From: Candidatus Magasanikiibacteriota bacterium
GTDB taxonomy: Bacteria; Patescibacteriota; Patescibacteriia; Magasanikbacterales; 2-02-FULL-50-9b
Direction of reading: 5' to 3'
Assembly (NCBI GenBank): GCA_023246755.1
Contig: JAHFHU010000001.1
Span: 6,072-70,071, forward strand
Length of the DNA stretch: 64,000 nucleotides
Position 1 is the first letter of the stretch. Each line of letters begins with the position of its first letter. A model generated the notes under the pieces. It worked only from the letters and a program-made list of their open reading frames with translations. It made no database searches and was not told where the DNA came from. This document shows, one piece after another, positions 1 through 11,443 of the stretch. Both the position numbers and the translations under genes were made by a program.

Positions 1-1084
1 TCCACCATGTCTGAAAAAGCACGACCTGCAGCTCGACCGCACACTCGGTAACTCCCGGAATGTGCACAACACCCTTCCAAAGCACGCCGGCGTCTTCAAA
101 GCTTTCGCCGTTGCGCGCACCTCCAATCCGAACGCCATCGATGATACTTGGCCGCGCCCCACGCTTTGAGCTACACATATGCTGCTCAAGCACGGACCGC
201 ACGACGGACCAATCCTCCTTTGAGTGCACGATAATTCGAAACGCAACATCGTCACCAACGCCGCGCCCCATCAATCGTTTTCGCATCGCACTCGCACTGC
301 TTTTCAACTCGCGAAACTCAAGATGCACCCGAATATAACGATCAAGCTCCTCGTTATAAATAAACCGCGGAAGCATTTTGAACACAACGGTGTTTGAACC
401 CGACGTTTCATCAAATTCAGCAAACACCCCACCGCGCTGTGGATCAAACCGCACATGCATCGGCTGCGTGTGCACCGACCCGCGTGGTGGCGTCCGAAAC
501 ACCGTATTTTCAAGAAACGCCCGAATTACCTGCACATCACGATCTTGCACCTGCTCATCGGCCAGATAACTCGCCATCCACACCGACGTCATCAAAATAA
601 ACCGCGCATTCACGCTCCGAAGCGCGAGAATCGGCCCGTGTCGATCGAGCTGCACGACCTCGCCAAGACCAAAAGCCCAGTCCGGATAGAACGCCGTAAG
701 CGCAGTTACAAACGTTTGCGCATCGCTGTGTGATCCGTCGGATCCATATTGATGCCGCACATCTGAAAGCACAAACTCGTCCGCGAGTGAGTCAAGAATT
801 TCGCGCGCGCGATGTGCGCCCGCGACGACTTTTGTTTCTGAAGTTGTGCGCCCGCCAGAAATTCGACCGAGCGCAACAAGCAAACGTCGGCGCTCGATCG
901 ACGTCACATCGTCAAACTTTCGACGCTCTTCAAAAACCACGTGCAGAACTGCGTGCATGTCTGCGACAATCCGCTGCAACGGCTGTGGAAGCGTGTCAAT
1001 CGTTGACGGATCACTACCCGCCATCATCAAAAATGTTGGCTGATGCGTAAGAAGACAGTCGCGTAACAAAAGACCATCTGACAT
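1..1084 (-). CDS. Partial (runs off window) >360-aa protein with C-terminal RelA/SpoT-like nucleotidyltransferase motifs
   Basis: Hand-translated open frame from ATG 1084 (MSDGLLLRDC...) to the window edge with no stop; contains FRELKSSASAMRK, GDDVAFRIIVHSKEDW and AVELQVV; AAAGGGGG SD-like site upstream. Not in the ORF track. Confidence 0.65.
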   Translation of the reverse strand, partial: MSDGLLLRDCLLTHQPTFLMMAGSDPSTIDTLPQPLQRIVADMHAVLHVVFEERRKFDDVTSIERRRLLVALGRISGGRTTSETKVVAGAHRAREILDSLADEFVLSDVRHQYGSDGSHSDAQTFVTALTAFYPDWAFGLGEVVQLDRHGPILALRSVNARFILMTSVWMASYLADEQVQDRDVQVIRAFLENTVFRTPPRGSVHTQPMHVRFDPQRGGVFAEFDETSGSNTVVFKMLPRFIYNEELDRYIRVHLEFRELKSSASAMRKRLMGRGVGDDVAFRIIVHSKEDWSVVRSVLEQHMCSSKRGARPSIIDGVRIGGARNGESFEDAGVLWKGVVHIPGVTECAVELQVVLFQTWW

Positions 1085-1124
1085 GAATCCCCCTTTATGC
1101 GCACAAAGTTTTGCGCATCTCTCA

Positions 1125-1153
1125 ACGCTACATTTTCCAACAAAAAATGTCAA
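1125..1153 (-). promoter_or_regulatory. sigma70-like promoter TTGACA-N17-TAGCGT for the left-edge ORF
   Basis: Perfect -35 (1148-1153), 17-nt spacer, variant -10 (1125-1130); leader hairpin 1097-1118. Confidence 0.55.
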
Positions 1154-1162
1154 CTAAAATCG

Positions 1163-1645
1163 TTACACCCGCTCATCATCCGAATACACGTGCAAATATT
1201 CGCCCTTGTCGTAATCAAGAATTTCGTCCGGCTTAAAAAACCGCGCAACCTCGGCTTGAGCATTTTCAACGGTGTCTGACCCATGAATCACATTGCACCC
1301 ATATCCCATCGCAAGATCGCCGCGAATCGAACCCGCAACTGCAGCACGCGATTTGGTGATGCCCATCACGAGCCGCACCGCATCAACGACCTCAAGACCT
1401 TCAAGACAAAGCGCAACAACCGGCGAAGACATCATAAATTTTTCAACGCTCGGATAAAACGGTTTCGACGCGATGTGCGCGTAGTGTTCACGAAGCACCG
1501 CATCGCCCAGACGCATCATTTTAAGCCCAACAACTTTGAGACCCTTTGTCTCAAAACGCTTAATAATCTCGCCGACGAGCCCGCGTTGGACTGCGTCTGG
1601 CTTAATGAGCACGAGTGTTTTTTCGTGGATGCCGTCGAATTTCAT
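1163..1645 (-). CDS. ndk: Nucleoside diphosphate kinase
   Basis: EKTLVLIKPDAVQRGLVGEII, GSIRGD, NVIHGSD catalytic His motif. Confidence 0.97.
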   Translation of the reverse strand: MKFDGIHEKTLVLIKPDAVQRGLVGEIIKRFETKGLKVVGLKMMRLGDAVLREHYAHIASKPFYPSVEKFMMSSPVVALCLEGLEVVDAVRLVMGITKSRAAVAGSIRGDLAMGYGCNVIHGSDTVENAQAEVARFFKPDEILDYDKGEYLHVYSDDERV

Positions 1646-1719
1646 AGGATGTAAATTATTAGCCCGAGTGTATCATCTTTTTTGACGTCTGACAAGTGCG
1701 TGCGCTATGATGGAGCCAT

Positions 1720-2127
1720 ATGAAAAAATTCTCAACGAAACTCGCTGCAGTAGCTCTCGCAACTTTACTACTCGGCGCCGGATGTGCAAAAACACCCGAG
1801 AACACAGGAACCGGCGTTCAGGCAAATAAACCACCACAGGGTGCGGTTGTCCCCGTAACATTTAACCCAAACGCGCTCACGCCATCGGCGATCACGATCA
1901 AAGTCGGCGACAGCATCGAATTTCGCAATAGCGATTTGAAACCACATTGGCCCGCATCAAACCCACATCCATCACACACACTCTATCCTGAATTCGACTC
2001 AAAAAAAGAACTCCAGCCCGGCGAAACATGGGTGTTCAAATTTGAAAAAGTTGGAACATGGGGTTTTCATGATCATCTAAACGGCCGCAACGAAAAATTT
2101 TCAGGCATCGTAACCGTTACGCAATAA
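1720..2127 (+). CDS. Cupredoxin-fold lipoprotein
   Basis: Lipobox LLGAGC; P..ITIKVGDSIEF, LQPGETW.F.F...GTW.FHDHL, V.V pattern of plastocyanin-like folds. Confidence 0.75.
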   Translation: MKKFSTKLAAVALATLLLGAGCAKTPENTGTGVQANKPPQGAVVPVTFNPNALTPSAITIKVGDSIEFRNSDLKPHWPASNPHPSHTLYPEFDSKKELQPGETWVFKFEKVGTWGFHDHLNGRNEKFSGIVTVTQ

Positions 2128-2128
2128 A

Positions 2129-4129
2129 TCAAAAATCGCTCAAGAAACTTTTCTTGCGCCAATCGGTCTCACCCTCAACAGGCTCGTACGAATACGTTGG
2201 TTCGCTCGAGCCTGTTTTATTTCCGCGACCACCATTGTCAATCAAGGCCTCGTCAATCTCTTCGATAAACGGCGACGGCGAAACAACAAAATCATTTTGC
2301 TTGCCGCCGAGCAATGTGTGTGAGAGAAATAAATTTTTTCGCGCGCGAGTGAGCGCCACATAAAAAAGCCGGCGCTCCTCTTCGATTCCACCCTCTTCAA
2401 GCGCCGCGCGTTCATTCGGAAACGCGCCTGCAACCAAATTAATTAAAAAAACCGTGTCCCACTCAAGACCTTTTGATTGATGAATTGTCGACAACACCAC
2501 CCGATCATCCGCCGCTTGCGATTTCGCACGATGCTGTTCTTGCAACGCAGTCTCGGCCAAAAAAGCCTTGAGGTCCGAAATGCGATCCGTAAACGTCGCA
2601 AGTTGCTCGACATCTTTAAGCCGATCTTGGTAATTTTGAAACTCATGCTCAAGATATCCACGATACGCAAAATCATTAATCACGCGAATCATCGCGCCAA
2701 CCGTGTCGTGCTTCATCGATAATTCCCACAATGTTTTTTTCACGACACCCCATCCAACGTTCCACCGCTTTTCAATTTCAAGTTGCGCCTCACCATGCAA
2801 AATTTCGTTTGTCGAACCAAACTGCTTGATCTGATCGTAAAGTTTGCGCGCAGACTCAAGACCAATCCCCTCTTGTTGCGTTAAAACTCGATGCCATGCG
2901 ATCGAATCTTTTGGCGACATAAACGCACGCAGATACGAAAGCACATCTTTGATATGTGCCCGCTCAAAAAATCGCTGGCCACCCCGATAATCATACGGAA
3001 CACCCCGCCGTGTCAATTCAACTTCAAGTGGCTGCGAGTGAAATGTCGAGCGAAATAAAATCGCAATCTCGGAAAGTTTATGCCCAATTCGCTGCAATCG
3101 AATGATGCTATCCGCAATTTTTTCTGCTTCAAGCGCCGCCGTGTCCGCTTTGATCAAGTGCGGCTTTTCATGCGTCGCCAAAATGCTCAACAATTCTTTT
3201 TTATACTGATGTGCATTTTGTTTGATGACATGATTTGCAACGGCGAGAATTTCCGGCGATGATCGATAGTTGGTAAGTAGATGAAAAATTTTCGCGCCCG
3301 GATAATGCTTGTCGAACTGTAAAATATTTGCGATGTCCGCGGCACGAAACGAATAAATCGATTGCGCATCATCGCCCACCGCCAAAACATTGCCATGTGC
3401 CTGCGCCATTTTATAAATAATTTTTGCTTGCACCCGATTCGTATCCTGATATTCGTCAACCAAAATATAATGGAACTGCTGGGATAATTTCGCGTGAACA
3501 TCCGGATGTTGTTCCAAAAGTTTGAGCCACAAACATAATAAATCATCAAAATCCGCAAACCCACTTTCTGTTTTTCGCGTTTCGTAAACGCGAAGCACGT
3601 TTGCAATTTCCGTTGCAACACCAAAGGCGCTTGGCCGCTTTACATCGATCGCCTCTTCGACCGAAATCATCGCATTACGTGAATACGAATAAATATCCGC
3701 GATCACATTGACGGACGGAAATTTCCGCGACTTCAAATCAACCCCCTCGTCCTTCAAAACTTGTGTGAGCAAACTTCGCGAATCTTCCGAATCAATAATC
3801 GTAATATGCGAGGTGAACCCGAGCAGCTTCGCATGCGACTGCACAATCCGATATCCAATATGATGAAACGTGCCGCTCCACATTGTTTTCGGCGCAGCGC
3901 CCACGAGCGATGCAACGCGATCGCCCATCTCTTTTGCCGCTTTGTTTGTAAAGGTGAGCAACAAAATATTTTCCGGCGGAATTCCTTTCTCGAGCAAATA
4001 TGCAACACGAAATGTTATGGTGCGCGTCTTGCCCGATCCCGCGCCCGCAAGCACAAGACATGGCCCGTCCGCATTCAACACCACATGATACTGCTCATCA
4101 TTCAATTCTTTTTTAAAATCAATCGCCAT
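2129..4129 (-). CDS. UvrD/PcrA family SF1 DNA helicase
   Basis: AGAGSGKT, LTFTNKAA, VDEYQDTN, VGDDAQSIYSFR, STIHQSKGLEW, EERRLFYVALTRAR. Confidence 0.95.
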   Translation of the reverse strand: MAIDFKKELNDEQYHVVLNADGPCLVLAGAGSGKTRTITFRVAYLLEKGIPPENILLLTFTNKAAKEMGDRVASLVGAAPKTMWSGTFHHIGYRIVQSHAKLLGFTSHITIIDSEDSRSLLTQVLKDEGVDLKSRKFPSVNVIADIYSYSRNAMISVEEAIDVKRPSAFGVATEIANVLRVYETRKTESGFADFDDLLCLWLKLLEQHPDVHAKLSQQFHYILVDEYQDTNRVQAKIIYKMAQAHGNVLAVGDDAQSIYSFRAADIANILQFDKHYPGAKIFHLLTNYRSSPEILAVANHVIKQNAHQYKKELLSILATHEKPHLIKADTAALEAEKIADSIIRLQRIGHKLSEIAILFRSTFHSQPLEVELTRRGVPYDYRGGQRFFERAHIKDVLSYLRAFMSPKDSIAWHRVLTQQEGIGLESARKLYDQIKQFGSTNEILHGEAQLEIEKRWNVGWGVVKKTLWELSMKHDTVGAMIRVINDFAYRGYLEHEFQNYQDRLKDVEQLATFTDRISDLKAFLAETALQEQHRAKSQAADDRVVLSTIHQSKGLEWDTVFLINLVAGAFPNERAALEEGGIEEERRLFYVALTRARKNLFLSHTLLGGKQNDFVVSPSPFIEEIDEALIDNGGRGNKTGSSEPTYSYEPVEGETDWRKKSFLSDF

Positions 4130-4133
4130 GGCG

Positions 4134-4952
4134 TCACTCTACCACAAGCACGCGCGCATTTCCAGTTGCGACACGTGACACATCCGTATCATGATCCCAG
4201 TCATGCATCGCGCTCATCAAAACTTCTTTTTTGTAAACAAAATTTTCACCAAATTGTGTCCCGGGATCATTCGCAATAAAATCGCCATCAGCAGTAAATC
4301 CACGCACCACGATCATATGAAATGTCGGACCTCCATTTTTAAAATACGGATTTTTAAGCGCTTTTCCATCAGCCGGAACAATCACCGGATGGCCGGCGGC
4401 GAGCTCAGCCCGAATCATTTCACGCGTTGGATTTTCAATAATCCGAACTTTTTTGTAATGCAAATACTCACGAGCAATCCGTGCAACCAATTCGATGCGC
4501 GTGCTTTCAAAATGCCCAAACGTCGTAATCTCCCAATCGCGCATATTTGATAATTCCATTTCCATCTGATCGCTCGTGTATGTTTTATGAGCAAGAAACC
4601 CGTGTACACCCAGCAACGCCGCCTCTTCACAAAATTCTTCATGATCAGCGTCCCAATTTTTTTTCGGCGCTTGCGGAAAAAATGCAACGTCCAAATTAAA
4701 CGCATCCGCCAATTTCGGTTCGGTCACTGGCGGCGTCGATGTCGTTACCGCCACAACAGTAGTCGCCGGCATCATAATCAGATTCAAAATCGGAATCTGT
4801 GCAACAGTTGCATGTGCTCGCTCTGCCTCACGAACAAGCTCGGCGTGCGCATGGCGTTTGGTGTAATAATATGAACCAAAAAATCCGGTGATCGCCCCGA
4901 GAACGACTGCAAAAAAAATAATAATTGAGACATCAATCGAATTTCGACGCAT
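4134..4952 (-). CDS. Membrane-anchored C39-like cysteine peptidase
   Basis: N-terminal TM; FFPQAP, CEEAA (Cys), HMIVVRG (His), NDPG (Asp). Confidence 0.75.
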   Translation of the reverse strand: MRRNSIDVSIIIFFAVVLGAITGFFGSYYYTKRHAHAELVREAERAHATVAQIPILNLIMMPATTVVAVTTSTPPVTEPKLADAFNLDVAFFPQAPKKNWDADHEEFCEEAALLGVHGFLAHKTYTSDQMEMELSNMRDWEITTFGHFESTRIELVARIAREYLHYKKVRIIENPTREMIRAELAAGHPVIVPADGKALKNPYFKNGGPTFHMIVVRGFTADGDFIANDPGTQFGENFVYKKEVLMSAMHDWDHDTDVSRVATGNARVLVVE

Positions 4953-5004
4953 ACGTTAATTCAATCTCCATATTGACAGGTTTACCATTTACCTGCAAGA
5001 ATAG

Positions 5005-6876
<1,872 letters not shown>

Positions 6877-6930
6877 TTAAAGGTCTGATATGATATACGT
6901 TCACGCACATCAATCGGTTTCAAAAGTATA

Positions 6931-7956
6931 TCACAGAATAAGTAGCGCGTCTCCGAAACTGTAAAACCGATAGTCACGCGCAATTGCATCATTATATATA
7001 TTTTTCAGGACATCGAGCCCGTCCGCCTCACCCAAAAATGCACTGACGAGCAATAACAAAGTTGATCGCGGCAGATGAAAATTCGTAATCAACCCGTCGA
7101 TTACCTTAAATGAATACCCCGGATTGATAAAAATATTGACATCGTCGGAACCCGCGTGACCACCAAGGCCTTCAAGCGCGCGAACCGTCGTCGTGCCAAC
7201 CGCGATAACACGCCCGCCACGAGCTTTTGTTTCCGCGATCAGCCGTGCGGTCTCAACCGAAATATCAGCCCATTCACGATGCATGGTGTGTGCCTCAATC
7301 GTTTCGGTTTTAATCGGCTGAAACGTCCCGATTCCAACATGAAGCGTCACCTCGGCCAAGCGCACACCGCGCCCACGCAACGATCCAAGCAGTCGTCGCG
7401 TAAAATGAAACCCCGCGGTCGGCGCCGCAACCGAACCGGCGTGCTTCGCATAAACCGTTTGATACCGCGACAAAGATAGTGGCTTCTCGCCAACATACGG
7501 CGGAATCGGAATCTCACCAATCTTATTCGCAAATGCAATTACCTCGCTCACCGACATCATTTTCCCGTCGCGCACAAATGAAAACACAAACCGTCCATTT
7601 TCAAAACGCTGAACAACGCGCCCCCGCACCCGCGTACTCAAAACGACTTCATCGTCCACGCGCAATCGTCGCCCTGGTTTTCCCAAACATTCCCACCCCA
7701 CGTCGCCGTGTGGCCGCAACAAAAAAATTTCAATCTGCCCCGTCCGATCAAACAAGCGCGCGCGAAAAACTTTCGAATTATTAAACACCAACAGATCATC
7801 CGGTCGCAAAAATTCCCCAACATCACGAAAAGTTTTATGCTGCGTCATGCCGGTCGCGCGATCATACACCAACAACTTCGACGCATCGCGCGGCGAAACC
7901 GAATGTTGCGCGATGCGCTCCGGCGGCAAAAAATAATCAAGTTCGTTCGTTTTCAT
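6931..7956 (-). CDS. queA: S-adenosylmethionine:tRNA ribosyltransferase-isomerase
   Basis: RYQTVYA, GSVAAPTAG, LHVG.GTF, TNFHLPRSTL, YRFYSFGDA. Confidence 0.97.
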   Translation of the reverse strand: MKTNELDYFLPPERIAQHSVSPRDASKLLVYDRATGMTQHKTFRDVGEFLRPDDLLVFNNSKVFRARLFDRTGQIEIFLLRPHGDVGWECLGKPGRRLRVDDEVVLSTRVRGRVVQRFENGRFVFSFVRDGKMMSVSEVIAFANKIGEIPIPPYVGEKPLSLSRYQTVYAKHAGSVAAPTAGFHFTRRLLGSLRGRGVRLAEVTLHVGIGTFQPIKTETIEAHTMHREWADISVETARLIAETKARGGRVIAVGTTTVRALEGLGGHAGSDDVNIFINPGYSFKVIDGLITNFHLPRSTLLLLVSAFLGEADGLDVLKNIYNDAIARDYRFYSFGDALLIL

Positions 7957-7958
7957 TT

Positions 7959-8981
7959 TTATTTCAAAAATTTTTTATTCAGCGCGTGCTCGTCGAGTGT
8001 GCGCGCATAATGCACGGCCCCGTCCGGCCCCGTCAGATAATACCAATACCCGTTTGCCACGGGATGCAGCGCCGCACGAACCGAATCAACGCCCGGATTG
8101 CTGATCGGCCCCACCGGCAGCGATCTATATTTATACGTATTCCATGGCGAATCTATCGCGCGCTCCGCACTCGTCGTAAATCGTCCCGATCCATTAACCA
8201 CATATTGCACAGACGCATCAAGCTGCAACGGCATCCCAACAGCAAATCGTCGCCAAATAATATCCGCAACCATCGCCCGATCTTCGAAACTCTTCACTTC
8301 CTTTTCTAATAAACTCGCAACCGTGACTATCTCATGCAGCGAATGACCACTCGCGACAATATCTGCGCGAAAGGGTTTCATAATTTTTGCATCAAACGCA
8401 CGGAGCATCATCGTCACGAGCCCGCGCGCACCCTGCCCCGCATCATACACATACGTATCCGGAAACAGATAGCCCTCAAAAGAAATGTCGGGCGGTACCG
8501 CTTTTAAAAATAAAAATGTCTGGCTCAAAGTAACATCTCGCGACACGCTGCCACTCCGCGCCGTATACGCCGGCCTCCCGGTAATCGAAAATAACGTGTT
8601 CGCCGCAACCACATCGATTGCAGCAAATCGTCTTTTAATATCGCGCAGGTCATCACCTTCCGGAAATGTAATTCGTGCATGATTGGCATCAGCATTCATC
8701 ATCACATTCACCGCGCACACCCATCCACATGCACGCGGAATCACGATCACACCGGGAAAAATTTTTGCGCTCGGCATGAAAATTTTTATATACCCACGAA
8801 CAAAAAAAGATGAGCGAATAATCCCAGCATCTCGCATTTTTTCCGCAACGCGTGTGATCGAATCTTCCGGAGCAATCATAACGGAGCCCGGAGAAATGTG
8901 CGTTGCCCACCACAAAAATCCCGCGAAACAAACACACACCAGAGCGAGACTAAAAAACAATCTCCCCACGCGTGCCGTCAT
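7959..8981 (-). CDS. mltG: Endolytic murein transglycosylase
   Basis: EGYLFPDTY, ASLLEKE, LQLDA, SPWNTYKY..LP.GPISNPG. Confidence 0.93.
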   Translation of the reverse strand: MTARVGRLFFSLALVCVCFAGFLWWATHISPGSVMIAPEDSITRVAEKMRDAGIIRSSFFVRGYIKIFMPSAKIFPGVIVIPRACGWVCAVNVMMNADANHARITFPEGDDLRDIKRRFAAIDVVAANTLFSITGRPAYTARSGSVSRDVTLSQTFLFLKAVPPDISFEGYLFPDTYVYDAGQGARGLVTMMLRAFDAKIMKPFRADIVASGHSLHEIVTVASLLEKEVKSFEDRAMVADIIWRRFAVGMPLQLDASVQYVVNGSGRFTTSAERAIDSPWNTYKYRSLPVGPISNPGVDSVRAALHPVANGYWYYLTGPDGAVHYARTLDEHALNKKFLK

Positions 8982-8982
8982 A

Positions 8983-10050
8983 TTAATTTTTGTTAAACCG
9001 CTCGGCGAGTGTGCTCACATTGTGCGCCAAATCAGCTCGACACACGAGCACATACGCATCCGTTTCAACAACGATAACATCATCGACTCCAACACACACA
9101 ATTGTTTTAGCGCCATCGCCATACACCACATTTCGATGCGCATCAATAAATTCTGCGCGTGCACGCGAAACAACATTTTCCGACGCATCCGCCGACAATA
9201 CATTTTTCAAAACCATCCACTTCCCGACATCAGACCATCCCCACCCATCGGCCAAATACGCGGAACGAACAAGCGCCTGTTTCGTCAGCAACGACTCAAT
9301 CGAAATGATCGGCAACTGTGCCGCTGCAGCACGCGCGCGTTCCTCATCGCCGCCCGCAATCATTTTTTGTATCTCACACACCTGATTCCACACCTCCGGC
9401 GCGCACGATTCAAACAGTGCGACAATCGTTTTTAATTTCCAAAAATACATACCGGTGTGTGCAAACCACGAACCCGCCGTAATCATCAGCGCACACGTTT
9501 CTGCATCAGGCTTCTCAACCCAATCCGTCAACGGACCGACGGGCTCCCCTGAAAAATCCGCGCGCACATAACTATAGCCCGGATCAATATATTCTGGCGT
9601 GACAACCGGCATCACGATGTGCTCGGGATGTGTGTCTAAAAAATTTGCAATTGCATCGATCGCTTCGCGAAATAAATCACTCCGCTCGATATAATCGTCC
9701 GCGGGAATCGAAGCGATCACTGTTTCGACATCGATGCCTGCAGCGCACAAAGACGCGACCTCAAACGCGATGCCCGGACCGGTGTTGCGTTTCAATAACT
9801 CCGCAAAAATATGTGTCGATGGAATTTCCGGAACTTGCGCACGCGTCAGATCAACATAGCGCTGATTCGTCGTAATAAAAATATTTTCATAACCAAACGC
9901 GGCGACACGGCCGACCGTTTCTTGCAGCATCGTGCGCTCGGAAAATACGGGAACAAACTGCTTTGGCAACGTACTCGTCGACAGTGGCCACAAACGTGTC
10001 CCCGTCCCACCGGCGCGAATCACTATTTTGAATTTGGAATTGGTTGCCAT
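8983..10050 (-). CDS. Mannose-1-phosphate guanylyltransferase-like sugar-phosphate nucleotidyltransferase
   Basis: AGGTGTRLWPLS...PKQF, RNTGP, WVEKP, WSDVG; start moved to MATNSK at 10050. Confidence 0.88.
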   Translation of the reverse strand: MATNSKFKIVIRAGGTGTRLWPLSTSTLPKQFVPVFSERTMLQETVGRVAAFGYENIFITTNQRYVDLTRAQVPEIPSTHIFAELLKRNTGPGIAFEVASLCAAGIDVETVIASIPADDYIERSDLFREAIDAIANFLDTHPEHIVMPVVTPEYIDPGYSYVRADFSGEPVGPLTDWVEKPDAETCALMITAGSWFAHTGMYFWKLKTIVALFESCAPEVWNQVCEIQKMIAGGDEERARAAAAQLPIISIESLLTKQALVRSAYLADGWGWSDVGKWMVLKNVLSADASENVVSRARAEFIDAHRNVVYGDGAKTIVCVGVDDVIVVETDAYVLVCRADLAHNVSTLAERFNKN

Positions 10051-10553
10051 ATCAAACTTTTTCTCAAACGATATATGATAGCCGATAGTAACACACCAAG
10101 CACGGCTCCGGCAAGAACATCGCTTGGATAATGAACGCCAACCAACACACGCGCGCACGCAATCAAACCCGCGACAACAAACGCAAACTGCCCCCATTTT
10201 TTGTCATACCGATAGAGCACAAACGCGATCGCAAACGCGGTAATCGCGTGACTTGAAGGAAACGACTTGCTTGTTGTGGGTTCCGCGATCAACGGAATGA
10301 AACCGTGCGTGATAAACGGCCGCGGACGAAAATGGATAAACCCGATTATGCGACTCAATAAATATGCAGAGGCGGCTGAAAAACAGAGCACGAAAAAAAG
10401 TTCTCGCGATTTTCGACGCCACAAAAAAAACGCTGCGCCGCAAACTAAAACCGCCACGCTCGCGTAGTTTAAAAAAATTGCACACGCGCTCACTGCGGGA
10501 TGCGCGAGCATGAACGCGTGGACGGCCTCTACGGCAGAATTATCGATATTCAT
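10023..10553 (-). CDS. PAP2 family phosphatase (undecaprenyl-diphosphatase-like)
   Basis: RPRPF, SFPSSH, ARVLVGVHYPSDV; several TM segments. Confidence 0.9.
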   Translation of the reverse strand: MNIDNSAVEAVHAFMLAHPAVSACAIFLNYASVAVLVCGAAFFLWRRKSRELFFVLCFSAASAYLLSRIIGFIHFRPRPFITHGFIPLIAEPTTSKSFPSSHAITAFAIAFVLYRYDKKWGQFAFVVAGLIACARVLVGVHYPSDVLAGAVLGVLLSAIIYRLRKSLIWQPIPNSK

Positions 10554-10579
10554 AGATTTAAAAGTATAACACATAAATT

Positions 10580-10636
10580 AAAAACACCTGCCACCTCAAC
10601 CGACGATGGAACACATCGGGTAAGGTAGCAGGGTGT
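10580..10636 (-). terminator. Probable intrinsic terminator after orphan 10667-11302
   Basis: Imperfect stem ACACCTGC...GCAGGGTGT with inner CCGA/TCGG; U-rich tail on the minus strand. Confidence 0.5.
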
Positions 10637-10666
10637 ATGCCGCGGAATGGTTGCGTCGAACACGCA

Positions 10667-11302
10667 CTACTCCGGCATTTGCTCGCGGGAAATGGTGTAA
10701 CGCACGGTGCGCAAACCAGCTCCGCTGTTCGCGACAAAATCGACCGGAACTTCCGGCGCTGGCGCCGCGCCGAACCGAATCGACACGTTGGTCAACCGGA
10801 CGAATCGCTGACTCGGTTGCGCAAAAGGCTTTGGCAGCCCCCGCCCATCCGGTTCCGTCGTCGACAGACCAGCCCAAAAACGAAAGACTGGCGCGCCGTC
10901 ATTGTCCTCCGTCGTCTCGAGATGTGCAAAATTGAGCACACCAACGGACGCTGGCGTCCAGAGTTCGGTGGACATCATCCGACCGCCCTCTTGCCAATCC
11001 AGTGTAATCCACGCGGTTGATACTCGGCGTGCACGCAGGATGTCCTGCGTTGTCTTTGCGCGCATCGAGATGATCACCATGGGCATGACCAATTTGTTGC
11101 CGCTGTGGGGGAAAACGATCCCCACCACCGCGTTTCCGGCATCGAGAATCTCGGGGTCCTTCCCCTCAAGACCAAGCCGCTCGACGAACAGCGCGCGCTC
11201 ACCGCCGAGCTGTTGGTAAAGCGGGTAGCTTGCGCTTGGCGCACCCGTCGTCACATTTCCGACCACACGCTTCGCCGAACTCACTGGACTCATCATCAAC
11301 AT
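10667..11302 (-). CDS. Hypothetical protein (orphan, 211 aa)
   Basis: ORF; start reassigned to ATG 11302 behind a GAGGAGG SD and a promoter. Confidence 0.65.
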   Translation of the reverse strand: MLMMSPVSSAKRVVGNVTTGAPSASYPLYQQLGGERALFVERLGLEGKDPEILDAGNAVVGIVFPHSGNKLVMPMVIISMRAKTTQDILRARRVSTAWITLDWQEGGRMMSTELWTPASVGVLNFAHLETTEDNDGAPVFRFWAGLSTTEPDGRGLPKPFAQPSQRFVRLTNVSIRFGAAPAPEVPVDFVANSGAGLRTVRYTISREQMPE

Positions 11303-11339
11303 CGTAACCTCCTCACAACGCTCGTCAATCGAGCTCCTC

Positions 11340-11368
11340 ACCCTACAATAAATTTCAGATTTTGTCAA
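11340..11368 (-). promoter_or_regulatory. sigma70-like promoter TTGACA-N17-TAGGGT
   Basis: -35 at 11363-11368, -10 at 11340-11345; leader hairpin 11320-11334. Confidence 0.55.
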
Positions 11369-11443
11369 CACCCTCATTTGCGTGTTATTTTCAAACACCG
11401 TATAATGAAAATAATTTTTTTACGCACACATTATATCGCTCTT

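Noticed and set aside
11105-11443. N-terminal extension of the 674-aa ORF
   Set aside because: Overlaps the minus-strand orphan and its promoter; composition changes at MKSAEQ (11444)
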